Assembly: GCA_964501355.1 (NCBI GenBank)
Contig: CAZCSM010000002.1
Span: forward strand, 5,884-69,883
Reading direction: 5' to 3'
Length of the DNA stretch: 64,000 bases
Source of the DNA: an uncultured Candidatus Saccharibacteria bacterium
GTDB taxonomy: Bacteria; Patescibacteriota; Dojkabacteria; CAZCSM01
The notes below the pieces were generated by a model. It did no database searches. It was not told the DNA's origin and saw only the letters and a program-made list of their open reading frames with translations. The translations under genes and the position numbers were made by a program. Every line of letters begins with the position of its first letter. Positions within the stretch are counted from its first letter, which is position 1. Shown in pieces: positions 49,512 through 59,350 of the stretch.

Positions 49512-51479
49512 ATGACTAAAATTGATATTAAAGTTGATACGAAAAGACATAGGAATGCACATAGGTTTGAAAAGAATGTCTTATCGAAGTTTCCTAAAAC
49601 TGTTAATGAAAAAAGGAAAAAGTTAATTAAAACTCTTTCAATTGTTTTTTCAGTATTCCTCATGTTATTAGCAGTAATAGGCGTTTGGGGCTATTACAAG
49701 CTTTATCTTCCTGCAATGAGACTTAAAGATCAGGCATATTCGATGCTTGATGAGGTTAACATTGCAAAGAATTACTTTGAGAGTCAAGATCTCGTAAGTT
49801 TGCAAAATCAAATTCCAATTGTTGAAACAGAGCTCGAAGAATTTATTTCTCAGTATGAATATTTTTCCTTTGCTGAAAAGCTGCCGATTGCAAAAGGCTA
49901 TTATGCAAATGGAACCAATCTTCTTGAAGCTGCCAGATTATCAATTCCTCTTGGCCAAAGTCTATTAACGGCTGCAACTCCTATCGCAGATGTCTTCGGT
50001 TATAAAACGACAGATGGTGAACAGGAAGAGGTCGCAGGGCAAGAGAAAATAGAAACGATTATTCGGAACCTCCCCGATATTTCCTCTGTTTTGGAAGAAT
50101 CTGACTCACAGGTGGATCAGATTCTAGACGCATTATCCAGAATTGATCCCAAGTATATCCCCGAGAAAGTCGGAGATATGGAAATTGGGAGCAAATTCGA
50201 GGAGATAGATTTTGTCTTAAAAGAGAGTAAAAATATTTTTGCAGATGTACAAGAAGTTCTTCAGCTTGTCCCAAGTTTAGCTGGCGCAGATGGGAAAAAG
50301 ACCTATCTCATTCTTTTTCAGAATGATATGGAAATACGTCCAACAGGTGGATTTATTACAGCTTTTGGTTATGCGGAAATTGAGAATGGCGTTTTGGGAG
50401 ATATTGTAAGTGAGGATATTTATAACTTGGATCGAAAAATTTATAGTTGGGAAAAGGCCCCAAAAGAAATTCAAGAATATCTAGGTGTGTATGAGTGGCA
50501 CATTCGAGATGTAAACATTCATGCGGATTTGGTTTCTGCTTCGCAGAAATTTGAAGAGATGTATGCAAATCAATATCGACCTAGAGATTTCGATGGGATT
50601 GTCTATTTGGATACGGGGTTTGTAGAATCATTGATTTCCGTTGTCGGGCCAATTGAGCTGAAAAAATATAATGAAACAATTACCGCAGAAAACGTTGTTC
50701 ATGAACTGGAAATATACTCCGAGAAGATATTAACCGGTGGCGCCGATCGGAAGCAGTTCATGGAAGATTTGATGGGAGAACTTATTTCTAGAGTAATTGA
50801 GGCTCGAAGTGAAGAGTGGGGCGGTTTAATTAGCGGCGTCTGGTCTTCTCTTGAAACAAAAAGTTTGCAGTTTTACTTTCATAATGAAGATGTACAGTCT
50901 CTTGCTTCAAAGTATGGATTTACCGGAGAAGTTAATGAAGATGTTGATGGCGATTTCCTCTATGTTGTTGAATCAAATATGGGAGGATTGAAATCCAATA
51001 TTTATGTCACAAGTGCAATGACACAAAATATTCAGATTGATGATGATGGTTCGGTTACAAAAACCGTAAAAATTAGATGGGAAAATCCCGAACCAAAAGA
51101 TTTTTGGCTTAATGGTCCATATCGAAATTGGGTGAGAGTCTATGTTCCTAAAGGCTCGGAGTTAATAGGGGACGGTGTTTGGACAAGGACTCCTAATGAG
51201 GATTGGAATGAAAAGGATTATGGGAAAACAATTTTTGAATCTTTTGTCACGGTTCCTGTTGCAACCGGATGTTCATATTATGATAAAGAAAAAAATTGTG
51301 AACCGGGTGTTGCAGAGATAGTGTTTACGTATAGACTACCGTTCACGGTTGATAAAAAGGAGCCGTATTCTCTATTTATTCAAAAACAGCCTGGGCGAGA
51401 CGATGAGCCACAAACGATCATTATTAATGATGAAACGTTTGAGGAAGTTTTGAATAGGGATTTGGAATTAATGTTGTAG
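49512..51479 (+). CDS. DUF4012 domain membrane-anchored protein
   Basis: YLILFQNDMEIRPTGGFI, DVN, RKQFM, NMGGLKSN, WVRVYVPKGS, QKQPG. Confidence 0.85.
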   Translation: MTKIDIKVDTKRHRNAHRFEKNVLSKFPKTVNEKRKKLIKTLSIVFSVFLMLLAVIGVWGYYKLYLPAMRLKDQAYSMLDEVNIAKNYFESQDLVSLQNQIPIVETELEEFISQYEYFSFAEKLPIAKGYYANGTNLLEAARLSIPLGQSLLTAATPIADVFGYKTTDGEQEEVAGQEKIETIIRNLPDISSVLEESDSQVDQILDALSRIDPKYIPEKVGDMEIGSKFEEIDFVLKESKNIFADVQEVLQLVPSLAGADGKKTYLILFQNDMEIRPTGGFITAFGYAEIENGVLGDIVSEDIYNLDRKIYSWEKAPKEIQEYLGVYEWHIRDVNIHADLVSASQKFEEMYANQYRPRDFDGIVYLDTGFVESLISVVGPIELKKYNETITAENVVHELEIYSEKILTGGADRKQFMEDLMGELISRVIEARSEEWGGLISGVWSSLETKSLQFYFHNEDVQSLASKYGFTGEVNEDVDGDFLYVVESNMGGLKSNIYVTSAMTQNIQIDDDGSVTKTVKIRWENPEPKDFWLNGPYRNWVRVYVPKGSELIGDGVWTRTPNEDWNEKDYGKTIFESFVTVPVATGCSYYDKEKNCEPGVAEIVFTYRLPFTVDKKEPYSLFIQKQPGRDDEPQTIIINDETFEEVLNRDLELML

Positions 51480-51697
51480 CAATGTGGTATCAATGTTGGA
51501 ACAATGTAGTACTTGTTAAGTCAAACGTCTATAAAGTCAAAAGTTAAACGTCTAAATTCAGATATTCTTCGAGCGAAGTCGAGAAGTTGTTGTCTTTCAT
51601 TCTGCCTTTGAAATTGTCGTTATTCGATAAACTCCTTGAAAAATTGGATGAACAGCACTAGTCTTTGAGCTTTTAGTTTTACCTTTTTACTTTTCTC

Positions 51698-52426
51698 ATG
51701 CTTTATAAGGACACAGGGATTATTATTAAGCAAGTTGAATATTCCGATTACGATCGGATTCTTACTATTCTTACCAAAAACCACGGGAAAATTTCTGCAA
51801 TTGCGAAAGGTGTCCGTCGGTTAACTAGTAGCAAATCTGCCTCGACAGATCTTTTTGTAAAGAGTAAATTTTCATTCGCCGAAGGTAGGAATCTTGATAT
51901 CGTAACAGAAACAATTGTTGAAGATGTTTATGAAAAATCGAAAGAATCATATGACCAGATTACAACACTTTTCTATCTTGCAAGAGTTATTGATCAACTT
52001 GTAGTTGAAGGCGATGGGATGCAATCGAAAGATATATTCCATCTTTTAGAGAAGACCCTCGATTTATTAAACAAAGCATTTACTACGAATGCTTCAATAG
52101 ATATTTTTGTCGCCGCCTTCGAATTACATCTACTGAGAGTTTTAGGACTTTTACCGAGTTTCTATAATTGCGTTGAATGTGGAAAAGAACTTCGAGAAAG
52201 TAAGTCCTTCATCTTTCGTCCAAGTACCGGAGGTATAATTTGTGACGCCTGTTCAAACCTGAGTGAAGGAAATCTGAACGTTGATGCAATCAAAACTTTA
52301 CGGTACCTGTCCGAGAGTTCAATCGAAAAGAGCGTCTTATTAAGTTGCGACCAGCCTGTTCTAAAAGCGGTGAATTTAGTTAATAAGGGAATGTTGGAGT
52401 ATTTTATGGATTTGAAACTGAACTAG
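51698..52426 (+). CDS. recO: DNA repair protein RecO
   Basis: DRILTILTKNHGKISAIAKGVRR; CVECG...CDAC zinc finger. Confidence 0.92.
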   Translation: MLYKDTGIIIKQVEYSDYDRILTILTKNHGKISAIAKGVRRLTSSKSASTDLFVKSKFSFAEGRNLDIVTETIVEDVYEKSKESYDQITTLFYLARVIDQLVVEGDGMQSKDIFHLLEKTLDLLNKAFTTNASIDIFVAAFELHLLRVLGLLPSFYNCVECGKELRESKSFIFRPSTGGIICDACSNLSEGNLNVDAIKTLRYLSESSIEKSVLLSCDQPVLKAVNLVNKGMLEYFMDLKLN

Positions 52427-52499
52427 CGAACCATTATCTTCCAATTTTTGAGTTTTCTGTTTATACTGAAGTTTGTAATTAATTTTTCATCATAAATTT

Positions 52500-53261
52500 A
52501 TGGACATAGGAAAAGCGTTCGGGCAAATGTTTAAAGATCCAAAGTGGGTAAAGAAAATGCTATTCTATGGACTTTTTTGTTTCCTATGTGTGTTTCTCGT
52601 CGGAATTCCTTTTGTTGCAGGTTATACAATTTTGATTTTGAATAACTATATGCAAGGCAAGGATGAGCTTCCTGAATGGGAGGGTAATTGGGAGAATATC
52701 CTTATGACGGGACTCAAATTTATAGTTTTTGGAATAATCTTCGGAGTTGTTAGTTGGATAATTTCCTTCTTCTCTTCAGGCATTTTAAGTATTGTTGCCA
52801 GAATAATGACCGAGACCGATGGTTTGGAAATGATTGGTTTAATATTGACCTTTGTGCAAATGGGCGTCTCTTTCTTCATCAGTGCCGTTATTACCTTGGT
52901 TGGGAATATGGCACAGATTCGGTTCGCAAAGAACCTTAGCTTTTCAGACGTCTTTGACTTTGATTGGTACTTCTCCTTCTTTAAGAAGAGCTGGTCTAAT
53001 CTGATAGTTGTCTGGTTGTTATCAATTGTCACCGGAATAATATCTATGGCGGGTCTGTTTGCATTATGTGTGGGTGTTTTCTTTACAGCATTTTACGCAA
53101 TGGTGACAAATGCTGCACTTCTTGCTGAAGTAGCAAAGGCTGCAGGTGAAACTGCTACATCAAGTGACCCTGTTAAAGCGACTACAGAATCGGCTCCGAC
53201 TGCATTACCAGTTGCTCCAGCAAAGGTTACAGAAGAAGGACCGGTAAAGATGGTAAAGTAA
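52500..53261 (+). CDS. DUF4013 family membrane protein
   Basis: FKDPKWVKK, GY, LPEW motifs; several TMs. Confidence 0.8.
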   Translation: MDIGKAFGQMFKDPKWVKKMLFYGLFCFLCVFLVGIPFVAGYTILILNNYMQGKDELPEWEGNWENILMTGLKFIVFGIIFGVVSWIISFFSSGILSIVARIMTETDGLEMIGLILTFVQMGVSFFISAVITLVGNMAQIRFAKNLSFSDVFDFDWYFSFFKKSWSNLIVVWLLSIVTGIISMAGLFALCVGVFFTAFYAMVTNAALLAEVAKAAGETATSSDPVKATTESAPTALPVAPAKVTEEGPVKMVK

Positions 53262-53280
53262 ATTCATGTATGTAAAATTT

Positions 53281-53309
53281 AAAGGCACCTTTTGGGTGCC
53301 TTTTTCTTT
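53281..53309 (+). terminator. Intrinsic terminator
   Basis: AAAGGCACC-TTTTG-GGTGCCTTT followed by TTCTTT. Confidence 0.75.
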
Positions 53310-53366
53310 GCAATATTTTAATAAGCGTATATTATTATTTTTATATAATATTTTATTAAGAAGTAA

Positions 53367-54047
53367 ATGGAGATTATGTTGCCGATTATCCTCACTACGA
53401 TCCCTCTTGTAATTATTGCGAGTACTGTAATTGGAGTTGTTACTCTGCTAAAAAGAAAGAAGGAAGGTCCCGTTAACTTGGATTTTAAATTAGTCTTCAG
53501 AGTTTATTATTACATAATAATGTTTGCTTCAGTGGTATCAATCGGAATTGGAGGAATGTTTACACTCAAAAGTCTTTTTACTAATGTCTGGGGGAAAGAA
53601 TTTAGTTATCGGAAAGAGTATGTCTCAGAAGAATATTATACAAAACCAGTTCTTGAGGATGAAGTTGTTCGTGAACCGGAATATGAATATGTAAAAGATG
53701 TCGAGAAAAAGGATTTAATTTCTGGATTGAGCTACTTACTAATTGCGACTCCGATATTACTTTTACACGTGTATGGTTTGTCTCAACTGGAAAAGAGCGA
53801 CGGTGTGAACTGGCAGATTAAGAAAGTATACCTGATTGTTTCTTTGGTTGTGTTCTCGATGGTCGGTGTTATCTCTCTTCCCGTTGGAATTTATCAGACT
53901 TTACAGTTCTTCATTACAGAGCAGGCGGATGATAATTGGACCTCAATCGTTCCAGGTGAGTATCTCGCAACTGCATGTTCATTTGTCCCAATCTGGGTAT
54001 ATTATTTGATGAAGTTTAATAAAGTTGTATTGAAAACCAAGGATTGA
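53367..54047 (+). CDS. Membrane protein (DUF5671-like)
   Basis: Repeated VYYY/VYL-TM...PI.L.H/PIW.YY units. Confidence 0.6.
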   Translation: MEIMLPIILTTIPLVIIASTVIGVVTLLKRKKEGPVNLDFKLVFRVYYYIIMFASVVSIGIGGMFTLKSLFTNVWGKEFSYRKEYVSEEYYTKPVLEDEVVREPEYEYVKDVEKKDLISGLSYLLIATPILLLHVYGLSQLEKSDGVNWQIKKVYLIVSLVVFSMVGVISLPVGIYQTLQFFITEQADDNWTSIVPGEYLATACSFVPIWVYYLMKFNKVVLKTKD

Positions 54048-54072
54048 TAAATTGTGGGTTTTGGGGTAAAAT
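54044..54072 (+). promoter_or_regulatory. Sigma70-like promoter for the T-box/glyQS leader
   Basis: TTGATA-17 nt-TAAAAT directly upstream of T-box stem I. Confidence 0.6.
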
Positions 54073-54079
54073 CTTTATA

Positions 54080-54270
54080 TAAGCGATCGGGGAATACTGT
54101 GAAAGCCCGAAATAAATTGGCAAATCGATGAGAATAAATCCTGTGCTGAGCATTGTCGAAGCATTAAAGTGTCCTTGTCGCTCGGGTTTTCTGAGTGGAG
54201 GGGAATAAAGGTGGAACCACCGTGAATTACGGTCCTTGTTTGATTATTTATCAAGCAGGGACCTTTTTTT
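54080..54270 (+). promoter_or_regulatory. Glycine T-box riboswitch (transcriptional antitermination)
   Basis: Short stem I CGAT-CGGG...CCCG...GGC-AA-ATCG with a Gly GGC specifier at 54119-54121; T-box AATAAAGGTGGAACCACCG; antiterminator AAGG/CCTT + ACCG/CGGT; terminator GGTCCTTGTTTGAT...ATCAAGCAGGGACC-T7; upstream of GlyRS. Confidence 0.85.
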
Positions 54271-54349
54271 ATTCTTTAAACGAAAGCTATTATTTACTTG
54301 TTCGATTCCGTGTATATTAATAACGTATAAATTTTATTTTGTTGGCTCT

Positions 54350-54488
54350 GTTACTTTTGCAAACAAAAGTAACCAAAATTTCTGGGACAACCCAGTTCCG
54401 ACAAATAGCAACCAAATACAGATAACTACCGGAATGGGATTGGCCCAGGCCCCAACGGCTAACAACCTGATACAAATAACATGGGGAA
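54350..54488. repeat. Structured dispersed element, copy 5 (inside the glyQS leader)
   Basis: GTTACTTTTG-CAAA-CAAAAGTAAC-CAAAA; stem 54381-54394/54435-54449; CCCC...GGGG; loop motifs conserved. Confidence 0.85.
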
Positions 54489-54632
54489 ATATAAAACATA
54501 ATTAGCAGATATTAATGAAAGTTGTTTTTAATATACAATTTTATACATCCACTCAGCCTGCCGGCCGGACAGGCAGGGGTGGTGGTTGGGTTTACGTTTT
54601 AGCGATTTAATTCTATTTAAGTTAATTTTATT

Positions 54633-56012
54633 ATGAACAAAAGTGCATCGTTAGAGAAAATACAATCTTGGGCAAAAAGAAAAGGATTTGTGTTTCCATG
54701 TTCAGAAATCTATGGAGGGTTAGCAAATTCTTGGGATTATGGTCCATATGGAGCGCTACTTAAGAACAATATTCGAGATTCATGGTGGAGACGATTTGTC
54801 GAACAACGTGAAGATGTAGTTGGACTTGATTCCAGCATTATTCTTAATCCAAAAGTTTGGGAGGCTTCCGGACATGTCGCCAGTTTCAAGGAAGCTTTAA
54901 TTGATTGTAAAAAATGTCGAAATAGAACTGCTGCGGAAAAACTTATAGAATCTGCAACAGGTGAAATAATGGATGGAAAGAGTGTTGAGGAGTTGAATAC
55001 TTTTATTCAAGAAAAAGAGTTGAAGTGTCCAGTGTGCGGATCTTTTGATTGGACTGAGGCAAGAATGTTTAGCAACCTGTTTGAAACTAGCATCGGTATT
55101 GTTAAAGAATCTGAATCAAAAGTGTACCTTCGAGGAGAAACTGCTCAAGGTATTTTCGTTAACTTCAAGCCAGTTGTTGAATCAATGCGGGTTCGAGTTC
55201 CTTTCGGAATTGCACAGGTGGGGAAGGCCTTCAGGAATGAAATTACAAAAGGGCAGTTCACTTTCAGAACTCTTGAATTCGAACAAATGGAAATTGAATA
55301 TTTTATTCATCCTGAATCTGATTGGGAATCTATTTTCGAAAGCTGGATGAATGAACTAACTGATTGGTATGAATCAATTGGTATTAGCAAAGAAAACATG
55401 CGGCAGAGAGAGCATGGTGATGAAGAGCGTTCTTTCTATTCAAAGCGAACCGTTGATCTGGAATATGAATTTGATTTCGGGTGGAAGGAACTATATGGGC
55501 AAGCATACCGAACTGATTATGACCTATCAAAACATACTGAATTTTCCGGAAAAGACTTGTCTTATAGAGATCCTAAAACCGGTGAGAAATATATCCCACA
55601 TGTTGTTGAACCTTCAACAGGACTTTCTCGAGCTATGCTTTGTGTAATGTATGATGCATATACTGAAGAAGATTTGGGGGATGGAAAGATGCGAACTGTG
55701 ATGAAGTTTGCACCAAGTGTTGCGCCGATTAAGGTTGCTATTCTTCCTCTTCAAAAAGACGATAATCTTCGTGCAAAATCAAGAGAAATTTTTGATGAGT
55801 TGAAGAAATCGTTTGTAGTTGAATATGATGATTCAGGGAGCATTGGTAAAAGCTATAGAAGGCAGGATGAAATCGGAACTCCGTTATGCGTTACGGTGGA
55901 TTTTGATTCTTTGGAAGATGGAGCTGTAACGGTGAGAGATAGAGATACAATGGCACAGGAGAGAATTAAGATTGAGGAACTGGAGAGGTATATTGCAGAA
56001 AAGGTAAAATAG
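54633..56012 (+). CDS. glyQS: Glycine--tRNA ligase, dimeric type
   Basis: EIYGG, WDYGPYG, LRGETAQGIF, GKAFRNEI, EFEQMEIE, HVVEPS, C-terminal anticodon-binding domain. Confidence 0.96.
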   Translation: MNKSASLEKIQSWAKRKGFVFPCSEIYGGLANSWDYGPYGALLKNNIRDSWWRRFVEQREDVVGLDSSIILNPKVWEASGHVASFKEALIDCKKCRNRTAAEKLIESATGEIMDGKSVEELNTFIQEKELKCPVCGSFDWTEARMFSNLFETSIGIVKESESKVYLRGETAQGIFVNFKPVVESMRVRVPFGIAQVGKAFRNEITKGQFTFRTLEFEQMEIEYFIHPESDWESIFESWMNELTDWYESIGISKENMRQREHGDEERSFYSKRTVDLEYEFDFGWKELYGQAYRTDYDLSKHTEFSGKDLSYRDPKTGEKYIPHVVEPSTGLSRAMLCVMYDAYTEEDLGDGKMRTVMKFAPSVAPIKVAILPLQKDDNLRAKSREIFDELKKSFVVEYDDSGSIGKSYRRQDEIGTPLCVTVDFDSLEDGAVTVRDRDTMAQERIKIEELERYIAEKVK

Positions 56013-56018
56013 CTTAAT

Positions 56019-56046
56019 GTAGAGACGTAGCATGCTACGTCTCTAC
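56019..56046. repeat. GTAG-type REP palindrome
   Basis: Perfect palindrome GTAGAGACGTAGCATGCTACGTCTCTAC just after the glyQS stop. Confidence 0.75.
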
Positions 56047-56074
56047 GAGCTGTCTGGTAACAAATATTATAGGT

Positions 56075-56103
56075 TTGACATACATTTATATCCATGATAT
56101 AAA
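56075..56103 (+). promoter_or_regulatory. Near-consensus sigma70 promoter with extended -10
   Basis: TTGACA (56075-80), 17-nt spacer, TG-A-TATAAA (56095-56103). Confidence 0.7.
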
Positions 56104-56109
56104 GGATAC

Positions 56110-56183
56110 AATCTTAAATCGAGTATTTAAGAGGTCAAACCTTTGCCGCGAACGATATTCAACGTTCGCGGCTTTATTTTCTT
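56110..56183 (+). ncRNA. Candidate ~70-nt small RNA or attenuated leader
   Basis: Follows the promoter; hairpin TCTTAAAT-CGAGT-ATTTAAGA; terminator GCCGCGAACG-ATATTCAA-CGTTCGCGGC-TTTATTTT; no ORF. Confidence 0.5.
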
Positions 56184-56265
56184 CCTTTGTGAATGTATTG
56201 AAATTTTTGGTTCAATGCACGGCTTGACTCGTATTTTCGACAGTGTTTAACTAACAGTGACGGTA

Positions 56266-56410
56266 TTCCTTCCTATAAAGGAAGGCGGTGCACTGAGCTT
56301 GTCGAATGTGTGCCGAATGAAATGAGGCGGAAGGTGTTTCCTTATTCACGACAGTTGAAAACACACCCCGATTCGCCAACCGCGAATCGCCCCTCTTTCT
56401 AGAGGGGAAA
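56266..56410. repeat. REP-like palindrome cluster
   Basis: CCTTCCT-ATAA-AGGAAGG; CTGAGCTTGTCGAA; CCCCGATTCGC-CAACC-GCGAATCG; CCCCTCT-TTCT-AGAGGGG. Confidence 0.65.
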
Positions 56411-56498
56411 CGAAGAGCCGGATAATGGTGATTTACTTACTTGTCAATCTCAGTCTTTACTGATAGCATCGAAGTATCGTTTAGAAATTATTGAAATA

Positions 56499-57029
56499 AT
56501 GCAAAATCATAAACAATTTCGAGGTGTAGATCTCAAAAGATTTGTTCGAAAAAATAAAACACAAAAAGATTTCGAGCTCGTTCTAATCCTACTCAATCTC
56601 TCCTATGCGACAAATGTCGCTGCAGTTTTCCGAACTGCAGATGCGTTCTCTGTGGATAAAATGTATTTAATTGGTTGTACTACAACACCTCCTTTCGGAA
56701 AAGCCATGGCATCCGTTTCTAGAGGAAAAGAAGGTTCTGTCTCTTGGGAATATTCTGAAACTTTTGAGAAGATTGCTGCGAAACTACACAAGGATAATTT
56801 CAAAATTTATGGGCTCGAGCTTGCAACCGATGCAAAGATTCTTTCGGATCTTAATTCGTCTGCGGGTTCAAAAATAGCTCTTGTCGTTGGTAATGAGGAA
56901 CACGGAATTCCGGACAAGCATTTGGCACTAATGGATGATGTCTTCTATATTCCGATGGGAGGGAAGGGGAAATCGCTTAATGTTTCTACAACTGCAGCGA
57001 TTGGGCTTTATCAAATTAGTCAAAATTAA
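56499..57029 (+). CDS. TrmH/SpoU family RNA methyltransferase
   Basis: NVAAVFRTADAF, VVGNEEHGI, IPMGGKGKSLNVS. Confidence 0.88.
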   Translation: MQNHKQFRGVDLKRFVRKNKTQKDFELVLILLNLSYATNVAAVFRTADAFSVDKMYLIGCTTTPPFGKAMASVSRGKEGSVSWEYSETFEKIAAKLHKDNFKIYGLELATDAKILSDLNSSAGSKIALVVGNEEHGIPDKHLALMDDVFYIPMGGKGKSLNVSTTAAIGLYQISQN

Positions 57030-57145
57030 AAAGGCAAAAGGAAAAAAGAAATAGTTTTCCGTAAAAGTATTTAAAGCATTTGGTTAGGAACGATAGATTC
57101 TCTATAAGAAAACTATTCACTACTTACTATTAACTATTCACTTTC

Positions 57146-58222
57146 CTACAATCTAATCTCTGCTTCAATAAATTCGTCTAACTTTCCATCTAGCACATCG
57201 TCTGGATTTGTTGATTCTACTTTTGTTCGCAAATCCTTTACCAATTTATACGGTTGAAGGATATAGTTTCGAATTTGGTTTCCCCATCCTGCCGTTTTAT
57301 ATTCTCCCTTTACTCGGGATAGTTCCGCTTCCTGTTTTTCTAATTCAATTTGTAATAACTTTCCCTTCAGCATTCGCATTGCATTCTCCCTGTTTTGTAA
57401 CTGACTTCTTTCACTTGAACAAGAAACTGCAATCCCTGTTGGAATGTGCTTTATTCGCACGGATGTCGAAACCTTATTTACATTTTGTCCTCCTTTGCCG
57501 CCTGAGCGAACTGCAGCAAATTCAATATCCTCATCTTTTATTTCAATATCTACGTCATCATCAACAATCGGAATTACCTCAACTCCGGCGAAAGATGTTT
57601 GTCTAAGACCTTGTGCATTAAATGGTGAAATGCGGACGAGTCTATGTGTTCCGTGCTCCTTCTTCAAATATCCGAAAGCATACCTTCCCTTTATCTCAAT
57701 TGTTACAGACGAATAACCAGTTTCTTGACCTCGAACTTCATCAACAATCTCTGCATCCCAATCTTGAATTTCAGCATATCGAAGATACATTCGAAGCAGC
57801 ATCGCGGTCCAATCCATCGCTTCGGTTCCTCCCTGACCTGCGTGAATTGTTAACACCGCATCGTATTTATCATACTTTCCGCCTAAGTATTTCTTTAATT
57901 CTAATTTATCTATTTCTTTATCGAGCTTTTCGACCTCGGCTACAATCTCTTGTTCCAAAGATTCGTCTCCAAGTTCACATAACTCAATAATATCGTTAAC
58001 TCTTTTCTCTACACTTTCCAAAGATTTGATTTCATTCTCAAGTCCACCGATTCGTTTCATTATCTTTTGTGCGTTTTCTTGATCATTCCAGAATCCTTCA
58101 TTCATAGATTTCATCTGCAAATCGCCGAATTCTGCCCTTAATCCATCAAGATCAATATATTCCAAAAGATTGGAAAAACGTTCTTTTACTTCTTCGATTT
58201 TACTATCAATAGGTGCTGACAT
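57146..58222 (-). CDS. prfB: Peptide chain release factor 2 (single open frame)
   Basis: GQGGTEAMDW, HRLVRISPF (SPF), GGKGGQNVNK (GGQ), WGNQIRNY. Confidence 0.95.
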   Translation of the reverse strand: MSAPIDSKIEEVKERFSNLLEYIDLDGLRAEFGDLQMKSMNEGFWNDQENAQKIMKRIGGLENEIKSLESVEKRVNDIIELCELGDESLEQEIVAEVEKLDKEIDKLELKKYLGGKYDKYDAVLTIHAGQGGTEAMDWTAMLLRMYLRYAEIQDWDAEIVDEVRGQETGYSSVTIEIKGRYAFGYLKKEHGTHRLVRISPFNAQGLRQTSFAGVEVIPIVDDDVDIEIKDEDIEFAAVRSGGKGGQNVNKVSTSVRIKHIPTGIAVSCSSERSQLQNRENAMRMLKGKLLQIELEKQEAELSRVKGEYKTAGWGNQIRNYILQPYKLVKDLRTKVESTNPDDVLDGKLDEFIEAEIRL

Positions 58223-58224
58223 AG

Positions 58225-59226
58225 TTATTTATTTAATTTATGAAAGCCCAGTCCTGCCACCATAGCAGCGTTATCCATACACATTTTAATGTCCGGATAA
58301 CGAACGTCAAAGCCCATTTCGTCTCCCATTCGAACCATTTTCTCTCGTAATCTCGAGTTTGCGGCAACTCCGCCAGCTAGTGTTATCATCTCAACAGATT
58401 TTGAAGCAGCTGCTCTAAATGTCTTCTCAACAAGTACATCAACTACGGCCTCCTGAAAAGATGCTGCTATATCTGCTTTCCAATTATACATCAATTGATC
58501 TTGAATCTCTTCTGAAAGTGCTTCGTTATTCGGTTTACTCTTCTTCACCTCATACAAAACAGCCGTTTTAAGTCCAGAGAAACTGAAATCAAAATCGTCC
58601 CGATCAAGTAACGGACGCGGAAATTTGATAAATTCTGCATCTCCATCTTGTGCCATCTTATCGATTACCGGTCCACCTGGATATGGCAGATCAAGCAGTC
58701 TTGCGACCTTGTCATATGCTTCGCCTGCAGCATCATCGATAGTTGAACCAAGTACATCATATTCCGTTGGTGATTTGACGTAGAGAATACTTGTGTGTCC
58801 ACCAGAAACTAAAAGACAAATATGAGGGTAACTAATTTCTTCCATTCCTTCCTCAACTGGCATTAATGAGTTTGCATATACGTGTGCTTCCAAATGATTA
58901 ATTGGAATTGCTGGAATTCCCGCCGCAAGAGCCAGCGCTTTCGCATGAGAGATCCCGACTAAGAGTGCTGGCATAAGTCCCGGTTCTTTTGTATAAGCAA
59001 TCCCATCAATATCTTCCATCTTCAAATTCGCCTCGGTTAGAGCCTGTTCGATTACCGGAGTTAAAAGTTCTAAATGTTTTCTTGAAGCAAGTTCAGGGAT
59101 TACTCCTCCGTATTCTGCAAACAAGTCGGCCTGGCTTGCTACAACTGAAGACAGAATTTCCTTTCCGTCTTTCACGATTGAGGCGGCTGTTTCATCGCAA
59201 CTGGTTTCAATTCCTAAAATATTCAT
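58225..59226 (-). CDS. tsaD: tRNA N6-adenosine threonylcarbamoyltransferase
   Basis: LGIETSCDET, GGVIPELASR, HLEAH, VSGGHT, FSFSGLKT, AGGVAAN, DNAAM. Confidence 0.96.
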   Translation of the reverse strand: MNILGIETSCDETAASIVKDGKEILSSVVASQADLFAEYGGVIPELASRKHLELLTPVIEQALTEANLKMEDIDGIAYTKEPGLMPALLVGISHAKALALAAGIPAIPINHLEAHVYANSLMPVEEGMEEISYPHICLLVSGGHTSILYVKSPTEYDVLGSTIDDAAGEAYDKVARLLDLPYPGGPVIDKMAQDGDAEFIKFPRPLLDRDDFDFSFSGLKTAVLYEVKKSKPNNEALSEEIQDQLMYNWKADIAASFQEAVVDVLVEKTFRAAASKSVEMITLAGGVAANSRLREKMVRMGDEMGFDVRYPDIKMCMDNAAMVAGLGFHKLNK

Positions 59227-59350
59227 AAAGCTTTGTAATTTGTAGTTATTTATGAGAAATTATAACAGAGGATTATCATAGTAGAAAGGAGATGTTGTTC
59301 TATATTGTGGTTCTAGATATAATCCGATTTAATATTTAATAAATTGTCAG

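Noticed and set aside
54236-54505. 89-aa ORF upstream of glyQS and its antisense ORF
   Set aside because: They overlap the T-box terminator and structured element copy 5; the frame is not conserved in the other copies.
57208-57990. Several plus-strand ORFs over prfB, and similar short ORFs nested in other genes
   Set aside because: Antisense or out-of-frame shadows of well-supported conserved genes.
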